This document shows, piece by piece, positions 11,001 through 18,101 of a DNA stretch of 64,000 nucleotides. Numbering within the stretch: position 1 is the stretch's first letter; every line of letters starts with the position of its first letter. The stretch is from assembly GCA_049363815.1 (NCBI GenBank), contig JBMQEM010000208.1, positions 23,919 through 87,918 on the forward strand, given 5' to 3'. The notes under the pieces were generated by a model. It searched no databases, had not been told where the DNA came from, and saw only the letters and a program-made list of their open reading frames with translations. The DNA is from Bacteroidota bacterium. GTDB lineage: Bacteria; Bacteroidota; Bacteroidia; AKYH767-A; 2013-40CM-41-45. The position numbers were made by a program, and so were the translations under genes.

Positions 11001-13766
11001 ACGGAGAATTGCTATTAATGTATAGAACGCTTCATAAGGCAGACAAATTAGAGTAAAGATTATCTGCACAAACACTCCACTGGCATTAAGACTGAATAAA
11101 ATTATATGTTGTGTAAACACAATATCCTTCTGCCGTTTGAATAACTGCCAGACTGAAGTGATGATCACAGGCATAACAATTACGCTTGACACCACAAGAG
11201 TCCAGAAAAAAGGCTGATCAAGAATAAACCATGATAATAACATAAAAATGGTAAGTGCAATTGGAACCAGGCTCCGGCGGATGTTATCAAAGATCTTCCA
11301 CCTTGATAAAGCAGAGAGCGTATTCCGTTTCCATCTGTGATTTACATTCGGAACAAATGGAGTGAAGAATGCTGCTATCTGCCAGTCACCGCGAATCCAC
11401 CGCATCCTTCGTTTAACATCGGCCCTGTATGTACTCGGATATTTCTCAAATAATTGCACATCGCTGATAAGACCTGATCTAATGTAGCAACCTTCAATAA
11501 GATCATGACTTAAAATTCTGTTCTCAGGAAATTTTCCTCCCAGTGCTTTTTCGAAAATATCAACATCATAAATTCCTTTTCCAATAAATGAACCTTCAAA
11601 AAACAAATCCTGATAAACATCGGAAGACGCCCTTGTATAAGGATCTATTCCAGGTTCATTTCCGTGTAGTTTTGCAAAATTGGAAGCTGTAATGTCAGGC
11701 AAACTCACAGCAACACGTGGCTGCAGGATTCCATATCCTTGAGTCACTCTCTGCTTCCTTTCATTATACACAGGACGATTAAGCGGATGCGCCATTGAAG
11801 CAATCAACTTCCATGCTGCGCCCCTAGGCAGTTGGGTATCTGCATCGAGAGTGATGACATATTTTATATCAAGCAGTGTATCTGTTTTTCCAATGATCAG
11901 AGAAAAACGATCATGACCATGACCACGGAGTACGGCATTTAATTCAGCAAGTTTTCCACGCTTTCTTTCATAGCCCATCCAGATCTTTTCATCCTTATTC
12001 CATCTTCTTGGACGATGGAATAAAAAGAACATTTCACTCTCGCTATATCCATATTTCACATTCAGTTCTTCAATTCCTCTTTTGACCTGATCAAGCATCT
12101 TTTGATCGCTAGGTAATTCTTCAGATTTGGCATCTGTAAAGTCAGTCAGCAAACCGAATTGAAGATTCTTATCCATGTTTGCCAGATACCGCACTTCAAG
12201 AGCTTCAACCAGTTCATCGATATCCTTTGAATTAGTAAGCATCGATGGAATGATCACGAGTGTATGAAATTCTTCAGGTATACCTTCAGAAAAATCCAGA
12301 CGAGGGAGCAGTCGCGGTTTGACAATTAAAGTTGAAAAGAAATTGATCAATGTAATTACAAGTTGGCTGAGACTGATGAATGCAAGACCAAGGATCAGGA
12401 GCATCAGCAACTTTCCGATCTGTTCATCACGTATCAGATAAAAAACACCGGCTGTCAATACAGATGTAGTAATGAAAATTGTAAGCAGATATAAAAACAA
12501 TGCACGCCTCCTTACTCTGAAGCGAAAATTATTGAAAAAGGTTTGCGGAATTTTTGCAGCGCGTCTGGTTTCCATCAGACCTTTTCCGATCAGATAATAA
12601 CCAACATGAGCCTGACGATCATTCTTTGAATTAGTAGTAGCTCTTTCATTTGCCAGATTCAGAACAATCTGCGCTACTTGTTCTTCTGACAACTTTGAAC
12701 GCTGCGATACATGTTCCACTACATGTCGAAACTGATCCCTGGTGGTAAAATCCATATTGGAATATACTCCGGCAGGATCTTTTCGCAGGATCTGTTCTAC
12801 CACGCTATGCTCTTCAACAAAATCACGCCAGTCCATTGCGCTCAACAAGCGTAAACTATCGATACTGTTCTTTACCGAAACCTGATCAGCAGCCTGCTTT
12901 TGATTTTCAGCAGAGATCAATTCAATACTCGTTAATCCATTTTCAGTTAATCGTTGTTCGATCCATGAAAGTGCCAGCGCAAGTCCGGGCCCTTTTCCAC
13001 TTAACTGGCGGGTTAACTCAGCAATAAAAGGACTTACAAGCGGGGGCTTTGAGCGAGTCATATCCGCTATTGTGATGATAAGATCACGGGGTTCGTTTTC
13101 GGCAGTTTCAATTAAACGTTTTGCCCATGTATCAGCAAGGTTTCTGTCAATTCTGTCAATAGCTATTTTAGCAGAAACACGACGGAGATTTTCGATCAAA
13201 GCAAGCCGGAGCATAATTGGTATTGCCCACAGTTCTCCTAATTTTAGTTTTGCAACAGACTGATATGATCTTAAAAAACTACTCAGATTCTCTATGTCAA
13301 TCCGGCCGTCACTGTGAGAGATGATCTGCAGTGCAATATCATATACACGAGTCAGTCCAGCTGCTCTTCTGTTTGCAAGTTTTGGTAAATTTTCACTATA
13401 GCCTTTAGGTAAATGTCTTTTAGCTGTCCTGATATGCTCTTCAATAAGGTAAAAATTATCGACCAGCCATTCACCGGCAGGCGTGATCTGCGATTCGGCA
13501 AACTCATCTTCAGTAAGCAATGTCTGTACTTCAAATAGTGTTTTTTCATTGTCAGCAAGACGACGAAGCACAAGATCCTTACCTTTTTCCGAGCTTAAAC
13601 GATGTGTCTCAGCAAGCGTCCTTCCATATTTCTCCATTTGTCCGGAGGTAAAAAGTTCTGAACGAAGTGGCTCTTCATTGATATAGGGACGTTTTCCGGC
13701 ATTTTCCTGAAAATAGGATCGCATTTGAGCCAAAATATCTTCAGCTGTTTTACTTATTTGCTTCAT
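5082..13766 (-). CDS. ndvB: Cyclic beta-1,2-glucan synthase (Cgs/NdvB/ChvB type; N-terminal cytoplasmic region, 6+ TM helices, GT84 glycosyltransferase, central cyclase-like region, C-terminal GH94 phosphorylase-like domain)
   Basis: Single 2894-aa ORF, the size expected for Cgs. N-terminus WLVDNFYLIEEHIRTAKRHLPKGY...GELWAIPIMLRLALIENLRR matches the conserved Cgs/NdvB N-terminus. TM blocks around aa 422-480 and 835-1000. GT-A region with DAD at aa 641-643 (ITLDADTQLPRGAAW). C-terminal 800 aa carries GH94 hallmarks (FFNGLGGF...PAPWSNVIANPKFG...GSGDWNDGMD). Confidence 0.85.
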   Translation of the reverse strand: MKQISKTAEDILAQMRSYFQENAGKRPYINEEPLRSELFTSGQMEKYGRTLAETHRLSSEKGKDLVLRRLADNEKTLFEVQTLLTEDEFAESQITPAGEWLVDNFYLIEEHIRTAKRHLPKGYSENLPKLANRRAAGLTRVYDIALQIISHSDGRIDIENLSSFLRSYQSVAKLKLGELWAIPIMLRLALIENLRRVSAKIAIDRIDRNLADTWAKRLIETAENEPRDLIITIADMTRSKPPLVSPFIAELTRQLSGKGPGLALALSWIEQRLTENGLTSIELISAENQKQAADQVSVKNSIDSLRLLSAMDWRDFVEEHSVVEQILRKDPAGVYSNMDFTTRDQFRHVVEHVSQRSKLSEEQVAQIVLNLANERATTNSKNDRQAHVGYYLIGKGLMETRRAAKIPQTFFNNFRFRVRRRALFLYLLTIFITTSVLTAGVFYLIRDEQIGKLLMLLILGLAFISLSQLVITLINFFSTLIVKPRLLPRLDFSEGIPEEFHTLVIIPSMLTNSKDIDELVEALEVRYLANMDKNLQFGLLTDFTDAKSEELPSDQKMLDQVKRGIEELNVKYGYSESEMFFLFHRPRRWNKDEKIWMGYERKRGKLAELNAVLRGHGHDRFSLIIGKTDTLLDIKYVITLDADTQLPRGAAWKLIASMAHPLNRPVYNERKQRVTQGYGILQPRVAVSLPDITASNFAKLHGNEPGIDPYTRASSDVYQDLFFEGSFIGKGIYDVDIFEKALGGKFPENRILSHDLIEGCYIRSGLISDVQLFEKYPSTYRADVKRRMRWIRGDWQIAAFFTPFVPNVNHRWKRNTLSALSRWKIFDNIRRSLVPIALTIFMLLSWFILDQPFFWTLVVSSVIVMPVIITSVWQLFKRQKDIVFTQHIILFSLNASGVFVQIIFTLICLPYEAFYTLIAILRTIWRMVISHKKLLEWNPSAVEEKMNPASLAASFASMWFEPALALGAFYILLITAPERIAIAIPILLLWLSAPLVTWWMSRPISRQSSALSEDQILYLRVLSRKTWGFFEKYVTEEDNWLPPDNFQEKPAPVIAHRTSPTNIGLYLLSNLTAVDFGYMSVSRMLTRTQHTFDTLNILPKHNGHLYNWYDTVSLDPLMPKYISTVDNGNLVGHLLTLRQGFLEILDQKIFEPKIYLGLRDTLMVLLERIEDNDKSKFSPLRDAIEAAYNSPDQSLSENKQRLIEITEKLEQALSGINSGTNSFAEWWRKMLIEQIEGIQENMLVLKPWYLLENAPENLKNLIETRNPSLVEISKISIYLPREIKARRAEATAEENAWLDSFLIALEESGNLADARISMIDDQIFECDELSNVEWDFLYDKSKQLFTIGYKPDEYQLDPSFYDLLASESRLATFVGIAQGKIPEESWFALGRLVSNPGRKPVLLSWSGSMFEYLMPLLVMPNYENTLLDRTYKTSVARQIEYGNQRGVPWGNSESGYNLTDINSNYQYHAFGTPGLGLKRGLGEELVIAPYATAMALMVEPEKSCKNLELMTSEGFEGDFGFYEAVDYTPARLPRGQSNAIIYSYMAHHQGMSLLSFAYLLLNQPMQRRFEAEPRFKASLLLLQERIPKATSYYAHTAPTTDKNFAKDGSEVRVLKTPNTPIPEVQLLSNGRYHVMVTNSGGGYSRWKDLAVTRWREDATCDNWGNFCYIRDLDNDVFWSSTFQPSLRKVKNYEVAFSQSRADFRGSLNRIETHTEIVVSPEDDIEMRRLNLSNHSDQVRTLEITSYSEVVLASAASDAMAPAYSNLFVQTEIQKSNNAIICTRRPRSVSEHPPFMFHMMCAEGVRVEQVSYETSRNKFVGRGNTPANPIAMQNSGPLSGSEGSVLDPVVAIRYKVTLRPRQSVSIDFIIGIGENREICQSLIEKYQDHHHKDRIFELAWTHNQVVLRHINATESDTQLYSRLAGSVIFANSFLRANPAILIKNQRGQSGLWGYSISGDLPIVLLKVADQENVQLVKQLIQAHNYWQLKGLKVDLVIWNEDHGGYRQLLQNQIQALIATEVADKPGGIFVRASDQISNEDRILFQTVARVILSDEEGTLQDHLDRKAAAKLNIPALVTTIPPDTQNNLITQPKGLKFFNGLGGFSQDGSEYIISVHNKLRTPAPWSNVIANPKFGTVVSESGQAYTWAENAHEYRLTPWNNDPISDIGGEVFYLRDEESGRFWSTTLLPRPGNSSYTVRHGMGYSVFEYSEEGIQSEMWVYVDIESAVKFTVLKVKNASGRPRKLSATGYTEWVMGDMRPKNAMHIFSELDTVSGALIAKNPYNTEFPGRVTFFDVDERKKTFTSDRAEFIGRNQSLQNPDAMSKVKLSGKLGAGYDPCAAIQINFELDEGEEKEIIFRLGTGTDINDALNLIKNFKGSDKAATALQRVRDFWKKTLEAMQVQTPDDATNIIANYWITYQTLSSRLWGRSGYYQSGGAFGFRDQLQDVLSLLHAQPELAREQILLAASRQFKEGDVQHWWHPPTGRGVRTRCSDDFLWLPYVTIRYIKQTGDDKILDEMISYLEGRHLNHEEESYYDLPIQSMQRASLYDHCVKAIQYGFRYGEHGLPLIGSGDWNDGMDQVGKHGKGESVWLGFFIYDICMNFIEIAQSHQDLGFAEQCKDEAEKLKVNIEKNAWDGEWYRRAYFDDGTPLGSHLNDECQIDSLSQSWSVISGVADKTRALTAMNSAYARLVNKKDNIICLLDPAFDKSVTNPGYIKGYVAGVRENGGQYSHAAIWMIIAWTKLGDSEKAWELFKMINPINHGRTPEEIATYKVEPYVMAGDVYAVSPHEGHGGWTWYTGSAGWMNQLITDHFFGLRKEGDKLSFVPCVPAEWGSFKIHYRYKTSVYNISFTQDSGVGEMTVKENNIAFDNNKIDLVDDGATHEVKIVLYRGKL
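5085..7484 (-). other. GH94 (cellobiose-phosphorylase-like, formerly GT36) C-terminal domain of the glucan synthase (last ~800 aa)
   Basis: Runs from KFFNGLGGFSQDG to the C-terminus. Contains the GDWND catalytic-acid motif typical of GH94. Confidence 0.6.
11487..12269 (-). other. GT84/GT-A glycosyltransferase catalytic region of the glucan synthase (approximate bounds, aa ~500-760; DAD motif at aa 641-643)
   Basis: Motifs read from the translation. Bounds are estimated by residue counting, not by profile alignment. Confidence 0.5.
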
Positions 13767-13985
13767 AATACTGTGTGAGACAGAAAACCTGTCAGTTTAA
13801 CTTTAACGGCTATAAAGTTACCTGAAATGCGCAAGGATAATCTTTAAATCTGATTAACTTTTCACAGTGAAATTGTTGGTTTCTCAGGAAGAAAAACCCA
13901 AAAAGGAATATACCGGAGTGTAAAAATTTTATTTGAAGGAATTTATAGTGAAAAAACTGTGTAACACTTAAACCACTGTGGTTTT

Positions 13986-15089
13986 TTATTCCACAACAAA
14001 CTGCTGAATGAACGATTCACCGGCTTGTGATTTAATTTGTACAAAATAATTTCCATTCGCCATAAAGGATAGTGCTTTTTCAGTAGACCAGAGATAAGTA
14101 TGACTTCCTGCTGTTTCATAACTCCTGTATGGTTGAGAAACTAAAGCCCCACTTGAACTAAATATGGAAATTTCAATCTCCGAACTTTTCTTTAATTGAT
14201 ATTCGAAATTGATCTTCCTTCCGGATGCAACAGGGTTCGGGAAAATTGAAATCACTGAATTATCATGGACATTGTTTGCACCTGTAGAAACAAAATTATC
14301 AAGATGAATGACTTCTGCATTCAGGATCTGTGAATGATTTTGTGTTGTATCCTGATCATAGGCAACATAAGCCACTGCATGCATATAAGAAAGATTCCAT
14401 GAAGGATCAGCAATGAAATTCATTGTTTGCGAATACACTGTACCTAAATTTACCATCGGAGGTATTGCTCCCCCAACACCCCAGGCACCACCAACAGCTT
14501 TTCTTACTACTGAATTATGCTTCCAGTTCAGTAAAGGATCGTTTCCATTTTCAATTGTAGACGAATAATTAGTTTGCTCCAGTATACCAACCGCAGGAAT
14601 GCTGTCTTCGATGAGTAAAATATTTATCTTCATCGGAATCCCGCTTTCGGGCAATGAATAAAACTCAACATTGACATCGGCAGAAAAAGAAGTACCGTTT
14701 CTGGTCATATTGCTGAACGAGACCGATGCAATTGCATGTATGTTTCTCTGTAGTGTGTAGTTGGTCATCCATAAAGTGTACAAAGGGTTGTATGGATAAT
14801 TCTGGTATCTGTAACGATTGAATAATGCTGTCGGATAACTGTTGATATTGAAGCGGGATTGCAGAGCATTATCTTCCGGAATGGTCAATGAATCCAGGCG
14901 ATGCCATGCAAGCTGAATACACTCTTGCGGATAATAAGAATGAATAATTTCACCTCGGAGTGTACCTTCAGGGCAGCCTCCGCACCAGGTTCCTGTGAAC
15001 TCTTCCAGCATGATCCTCTTTGCCGGCTGAGCGTTGGCAGTATAAAGGAAGCAGATAAAAATTAAACAAATGACTATGGCATTTTTCAT
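13986..15089 (-). CDS. Omp28-related thioredoxin-fold outer-membrane protein with T9SS C-terminal sorting domain
   Basis: Signal peptide (MKNAIVICLIFICFLYTANA). EEFTGTWCGGCPEG motif characteristic of the Omp28 family. C-terminal Por CTD (ISIFPNPVASGRKINFEYQ...YFVQIKSQAGESFIQQFVVE). Confidence 0.55.
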   Translation of the reverse strand: MKNAIVICLIFICFLYTANAQPAKRIMLEEFTGTWCGGCPEGTLRGEIIHSYYPQECIQLAWHRLDSLTIPEDNALQSRFNINSYPTALFNRYRYQNYPYNPLYTLWMTNYTLQRNIHAIASVSFSNMTRNGTSFSADVNVEFYSLPESGIPMKINILLIEDSIPAVGILEQTNYSSTIENGNDPLLNWKHNSVVRKAVGGAWGVGGAIPPMVNLGTVYSQTMNFIADPSWNLSYMHAVAYVAYDQDTTQNHSQILNAEVIHLDNFVSTGANNVHDNSVISIFPNPVASGRKINFEYQLKKSSEIEISIFSSSGALVSQPYRSYETAGSHTYLWSTEKALSFMANGNYFVQIKSQAGESFIQQFVVE

Positions 15090-15227
15090 AGGTAAGTCTT
15101 TTTGTAATAGCTCACGGGAATCTTGGTTTTGTCAACCACCACTAAAGTAATATTTTTTTCAATTCCTCCGAAAAGACTGAGTTCTGAAATATACTTCGTA
15201 CATTTACGAACCTTTACTTGTACTTAA

Positions 15228-15524
15228 TTGAAAACGCAGCAAAAATATTCAGAAAAAGAACTTTTAATATCAAGGTTTGCTAATGCTCTTTCTCATCCGG
15301 TGAGAGTAGCGATCATTGAGTTGTTACTAAAACAGACCAGTTGCTACCATGGCGACATGGCAAATGAACTGCCTATTGCTAATAGTACGCTTTCACAGCA
15401 TTTAAAGGTTTTAAAAGATGCCGGATTAATTGATGGCGAGATCACTCCGCCGAAGACTAAATACTGTATTCACCGCGAAAACTGGGCGCTTGCCAAAGGT
15501 CTTCTTATCGGTTTTTTTGATTAG
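15228..15524 (+). CDS. arsR: ArsR/SmtB-family transcriptional repressor
   Basis: 98 aa. Winged-HTH (VRVAIIELLLKQTS...ANELPIANSTLSQHLKVLKDAGLI). Immediately upstream of the ACR3 gene. The canonical ELCVCDL site is replaced by SCYHGD. Confidence 0.8.
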   Translation: MKTQQKYSEKELLISRFANALSHPVRVAIIELLLKQTSCYHGDMANELPIANSTLSQHLKVLKDAGLIDGEITPPKTKYCIHRENWALAKGLLIGFFD

Positions 15525-15593
15525 TTGTCAATTATAGATTATTCGTATATTTACGAACTATTGGCGAACCTAAACACAACCTGAATTAATCAA

Positions 15594-16631
15594 ATGCAAC
15601 CAAAATTAAAATTTCTCGACAGGTATTTAACGCTATGGATCTTTCTTGCGATGATCGTTGGTGTCGGACTCGGATACTTTTTCCCCGCGATTTCCGATCT
15701 CACCAATGCTTTTTCAGTTGGAACGACAAATATCCCATTAGCAGTTGGTCTTATTCTCATGATGTATCCGCCTTTAGCAAAAGTAGATTACTCGTTATTG
15801 CCGAAAGCATTTCAAGACAAGAAACTGATCTCCTTGTCTCTATTTTTAAACTGGATCATCGGGCCATTACTGATGTTTGCACTTGCAATTATTTTCCTCA
15901 GAGATCAGCCTGAATACATGGCCGGATTAATTCTGATCGGTCTGGCCAGGTGTATTGCAATGGTAATCGTCTGGAACGATCTTGCCGGAGGAAGCAGAGA
16001 ATATGCAGCATTGCTTGTAGCACTTAACAGTATTTTTCAGGTCCTTACATATAGCTTCTATACATGGCTATTTATAAATGTGCTACCGGAAAAATTCGGG
16101 CTGAAAGGATTCAATATGAATGTTTCAATGAGTGAAGTTGCACAGAGTGTATTTATATATCTGGGAATCCCGTTCATTGCAGGATTTTTAAGCAGACATT
16201 ACCTTATAAAAATAAAAGGCAGGGATTGGTATAATCACAGATTCATTCCAAGAATTTCACCAATTACTTTATACGCCTTGCTTTTCACAATCGTACTCAT
16301 GTTTAGTTTAAAAGGTGATGCTATTCTGGAATTGCCAATGGACGTCATGAAAGTTGCAGTACCATTGATCATTTACTTTTTCCTGATGTTCTTCATCAGT
16401 TTTCTTATAGGCAAATGGATGAAAGTTCCTTATGATAAAAATACTTCAGTTGCATTTACAGCAACCGGAAACAATTTTGAATTAGCCATTGCAGTTTCAA
16501 TTGCTGTTTTTGGAATTCATTCACCGCAGGCGTTTGTTGGTGTGATTGGTCCGCTTGTGGAAGTCCCGGTTTTAATTCTTCTGGTGAAAGCGGCTCTGGG
16601 GATGAAGTATCGGATTACCGAGAAACCTTGA
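15594..16631 (+). CDS. acr3: Arsenite efflux transporter, ACR3 family
   Basis: 345 aa, about 10 TM helices. N-terminal [21 protein letters not shown] and [14 protein letters not shown] motifs typical of Acr3/ArsB-type permeases. Confidence 0.9.
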   Translation: MQPKLKFLDRYLTLWIFLAMIVGVGLGYFFPAISDLTNAFSVGTTNIPLAVGLILMMYPPLAKVDYSLLPKAFQDKKLISLSLFLNWIIGPLLMFALAIIFLRDQPEYMAGLILIGLARCIAMVIVWNDLAGGSREYAALLVALNSIFQVLTYSFYTWLFINVLPEKFGLKGFNMNVSMSEVAQSVFIYLGIPFIAGFLSRHYLIKIKGRDWYNHRFIPRISPITLYALLFTIVLMFSLKGDAILELPMDVMKVAVPLIIYFFLMFFISFLIGKWMKVPYDKNTSVAFTATGNNFELAIAVSIAVFGIHSPQAFVGVIGPLVEVPVLILLVKAALGMKYRITEKP

Positions 16632-16642
16632 ATGAGTTAAAT

Positions 16643-16706
16643 GTTTAAGGGGTTTAAAGTGCTTAAGGGGCTTCTGCCCACCTTAAACAACTTAAACCCC
16701 TTAAAC
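16643..16706. terminator. Long imperfect palindrome (GTTTAAGGGGTTTAAAG...CTTAAACCCCTTAAAC) acting as bidirectional terminator between acr3 (+) and the M16 peptidase (-)
   Basis: First 15 nt (GTTTAAGGGGTTTAA) are exactly reverse-complementary to the last 15 nt. An inner TTAAGGGG / CCCACCTTAA pairing extends the stem to about 28 bp. Contains TTAAGGGG x2 and TTAAAC x3 direct sub-repeats. Confidence 0.6.
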
Positions 16707-16733
16707 AATATAACTAATTAAAACCTTTAAGGT

Positions 16734-18074
16734 TTATTCTAAAGTCTGCGTAAACACTTTTTCATCGAGTCCCGCAGTGTCGCCAAGATACAACCAACGG
16801 ATAGATTTTGTATATTTTCTGAAAGCAGCATTGATGTCTTCTAATTTTAGTTTCTGTACTTCATCTAAAACCTTTGTAGCAGTCTTCCATGTACTCAGAT
16901 TTTCATTGTCACCAATTGTTGAAGCTAATGCACTATTGGTTTCCAGATTCATATAATATTTGGTCAGATATTGCTCTTTTTTATCAGTCAACTCTTTTGC
17001 ATCAAATCCATTCTTACGGATCTTCTTTACTTCATCGGTCATAACTTGTACAGATTGGCCCGGATCAGTAGTTGAAACATACATTGCGCTATATGGATTT
17101 TTTTGACCGGCAACATAAGAATAAGGTGCATACGATAAATTTCTCTTCGTGCGGATCTCAAGGAACAAACGGTCACTTAAAATTTGAATTGCAATTTTCA
17201 TTGCCATATAATCAGCAGCTCCGGGATTCGGACAATCCATTATTCCTTTTATATAATTTGTTGCCAGTTTCCTGTCTTCTTTGAAAAGAGAAGAAGAAGA
17301 AAAATCCGGACGCTTGTCAGACGAAGCAACTGTTGGTGCAGAACCCATCGGTATGCCTTTCAACATGCTAACTTTTGCTTTAATATCATCTTCGCTCAGA
17401 TTTCCCACAACTACTACAAATAATTTATTTTTTGCTATTAAAGAACTGTAATAATTCTTCAGATCGTTAACAGTAAGTTTCGTCAGAGAACCTTCAGTAC
17501 CGGCAACCATTTTATTGTAGTTGGTTCCTTTATAGACTTCAACATTGATCAGATCATCAATGTGAGAATCGGGATCGCTTTCGGATTGTTTCAAATTATT
17601 GATAGCTTCCTCTTTTTTATTGTTGAAAGTATTATCATCAAATGCAGGATGCATGACCATATCGGCAAAAATATTCCATGACTGGTCCCACTTACTTTTC
17701 AGACAATTCATTATTACTTTGCTGTTATCCTGACCACTCCCTGCGTATACAGAAGTTCCCATAGCTTCCAGTTCAGAGTGGAATTTATCACGCGGATATT
17801 TCTGAGATCCGGACTCAGCCAGAACGCTCATCGTAAGCGATTCAATCCCTTCCTGTTCCTTAGAATAGTTGGACGTCCCGCCTTTTACGTATAATGCGAT
17901 ACTGATGATATCTTTTGTCGACGGTTTGTAGATCACCTTAATCCCATCAACCATCATTTCCTTCACACCCATGTCTTGCTTTTTAAGCGGGCGTTTCTTG
18001 ATCTCATTCTGAGCAGATGAATTAAATGTTACTGCTATTAAGAGAAGAGTTATTATATAATTTAACTTTTTCAT
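16734..18074 (-). CDS. M16-family (pitrilysin-like) peptidase, probable non-catalytic partner subunit
   Basis: 446 aa, signal peptide. M16 fold-like composition but no HxxEH zinc motif. Sits immediately downstream of the HxxEH-containing paralog. Confidence 0.7.
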   Translation of the reverse strand: MKKLNYIITLLLIAVTFNSSAQNEIKKRPLKKQDMGVKEMMVDGIKVIYKPSTKDIISIALYVKGGTSNYSKEQEGIESLTMSVLAESGSQKYPRDKFHSELEAMGTSVYAGSGQDNSKVIMNCLKSKWDQSWNIFADMVMHPAFDDNTFNNKKEEAINNLKQSESDPDSHIDDLINVEVYKGTNYNKMVAGTEGSLTKLTVNDLKNYYSSLIAKNKLFVVVVGNLSEDDIKAKVSMLKGIPMGSAPTVASSDKRPDFSSSSLFKEDRKLATNYIKGIMDCPNPGAADYMAMKIAIQILSDRLFLEIRTKRNLSYAPYSYVAGQKNPYSAMYVSTTDPGQSVQVMTDEVKKIRKNGFDAKELTDKKEQYLTKYYMNLETNSALASTIGDNENLSTWKTATKVLDEVQKLKLEDINAAFRKYTKSIRWLYLGDTAGLDEKVFTQTLE

Positions 18075-18101
18075 TTTGGATTTCGGTTTATTGATTATGG
18101 A

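Noticed and set aside
5937-13686. About 13 ORFs of 60-110 aa (e.g. 6305..6634, 6838..7110, 9350..9586, 13352..13573) on either strand inside the glucan synthase gene
   Set aside because: All are fully nested within, or antisense to, a 2894-aa ORF with continuous conserved domains. Their compositions are low-complexity. They are shadow ORFs.
13969-13983. AAACCACTGTGGTTT hairpin at the stop of the Omp28-like gene as a terminator
   Set aside because: On the minus strand the hairpin is not followed by a U-run, and it overlaps the stop codon. A role as a minus-strand terminator for this gene is weak.
15635-15913. 92-aa plus-strand ORF in an alternative frame inside acr3
   Set aside because: Out-of-frame overlap with a conserved 10-TM transporter. 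No independent support.
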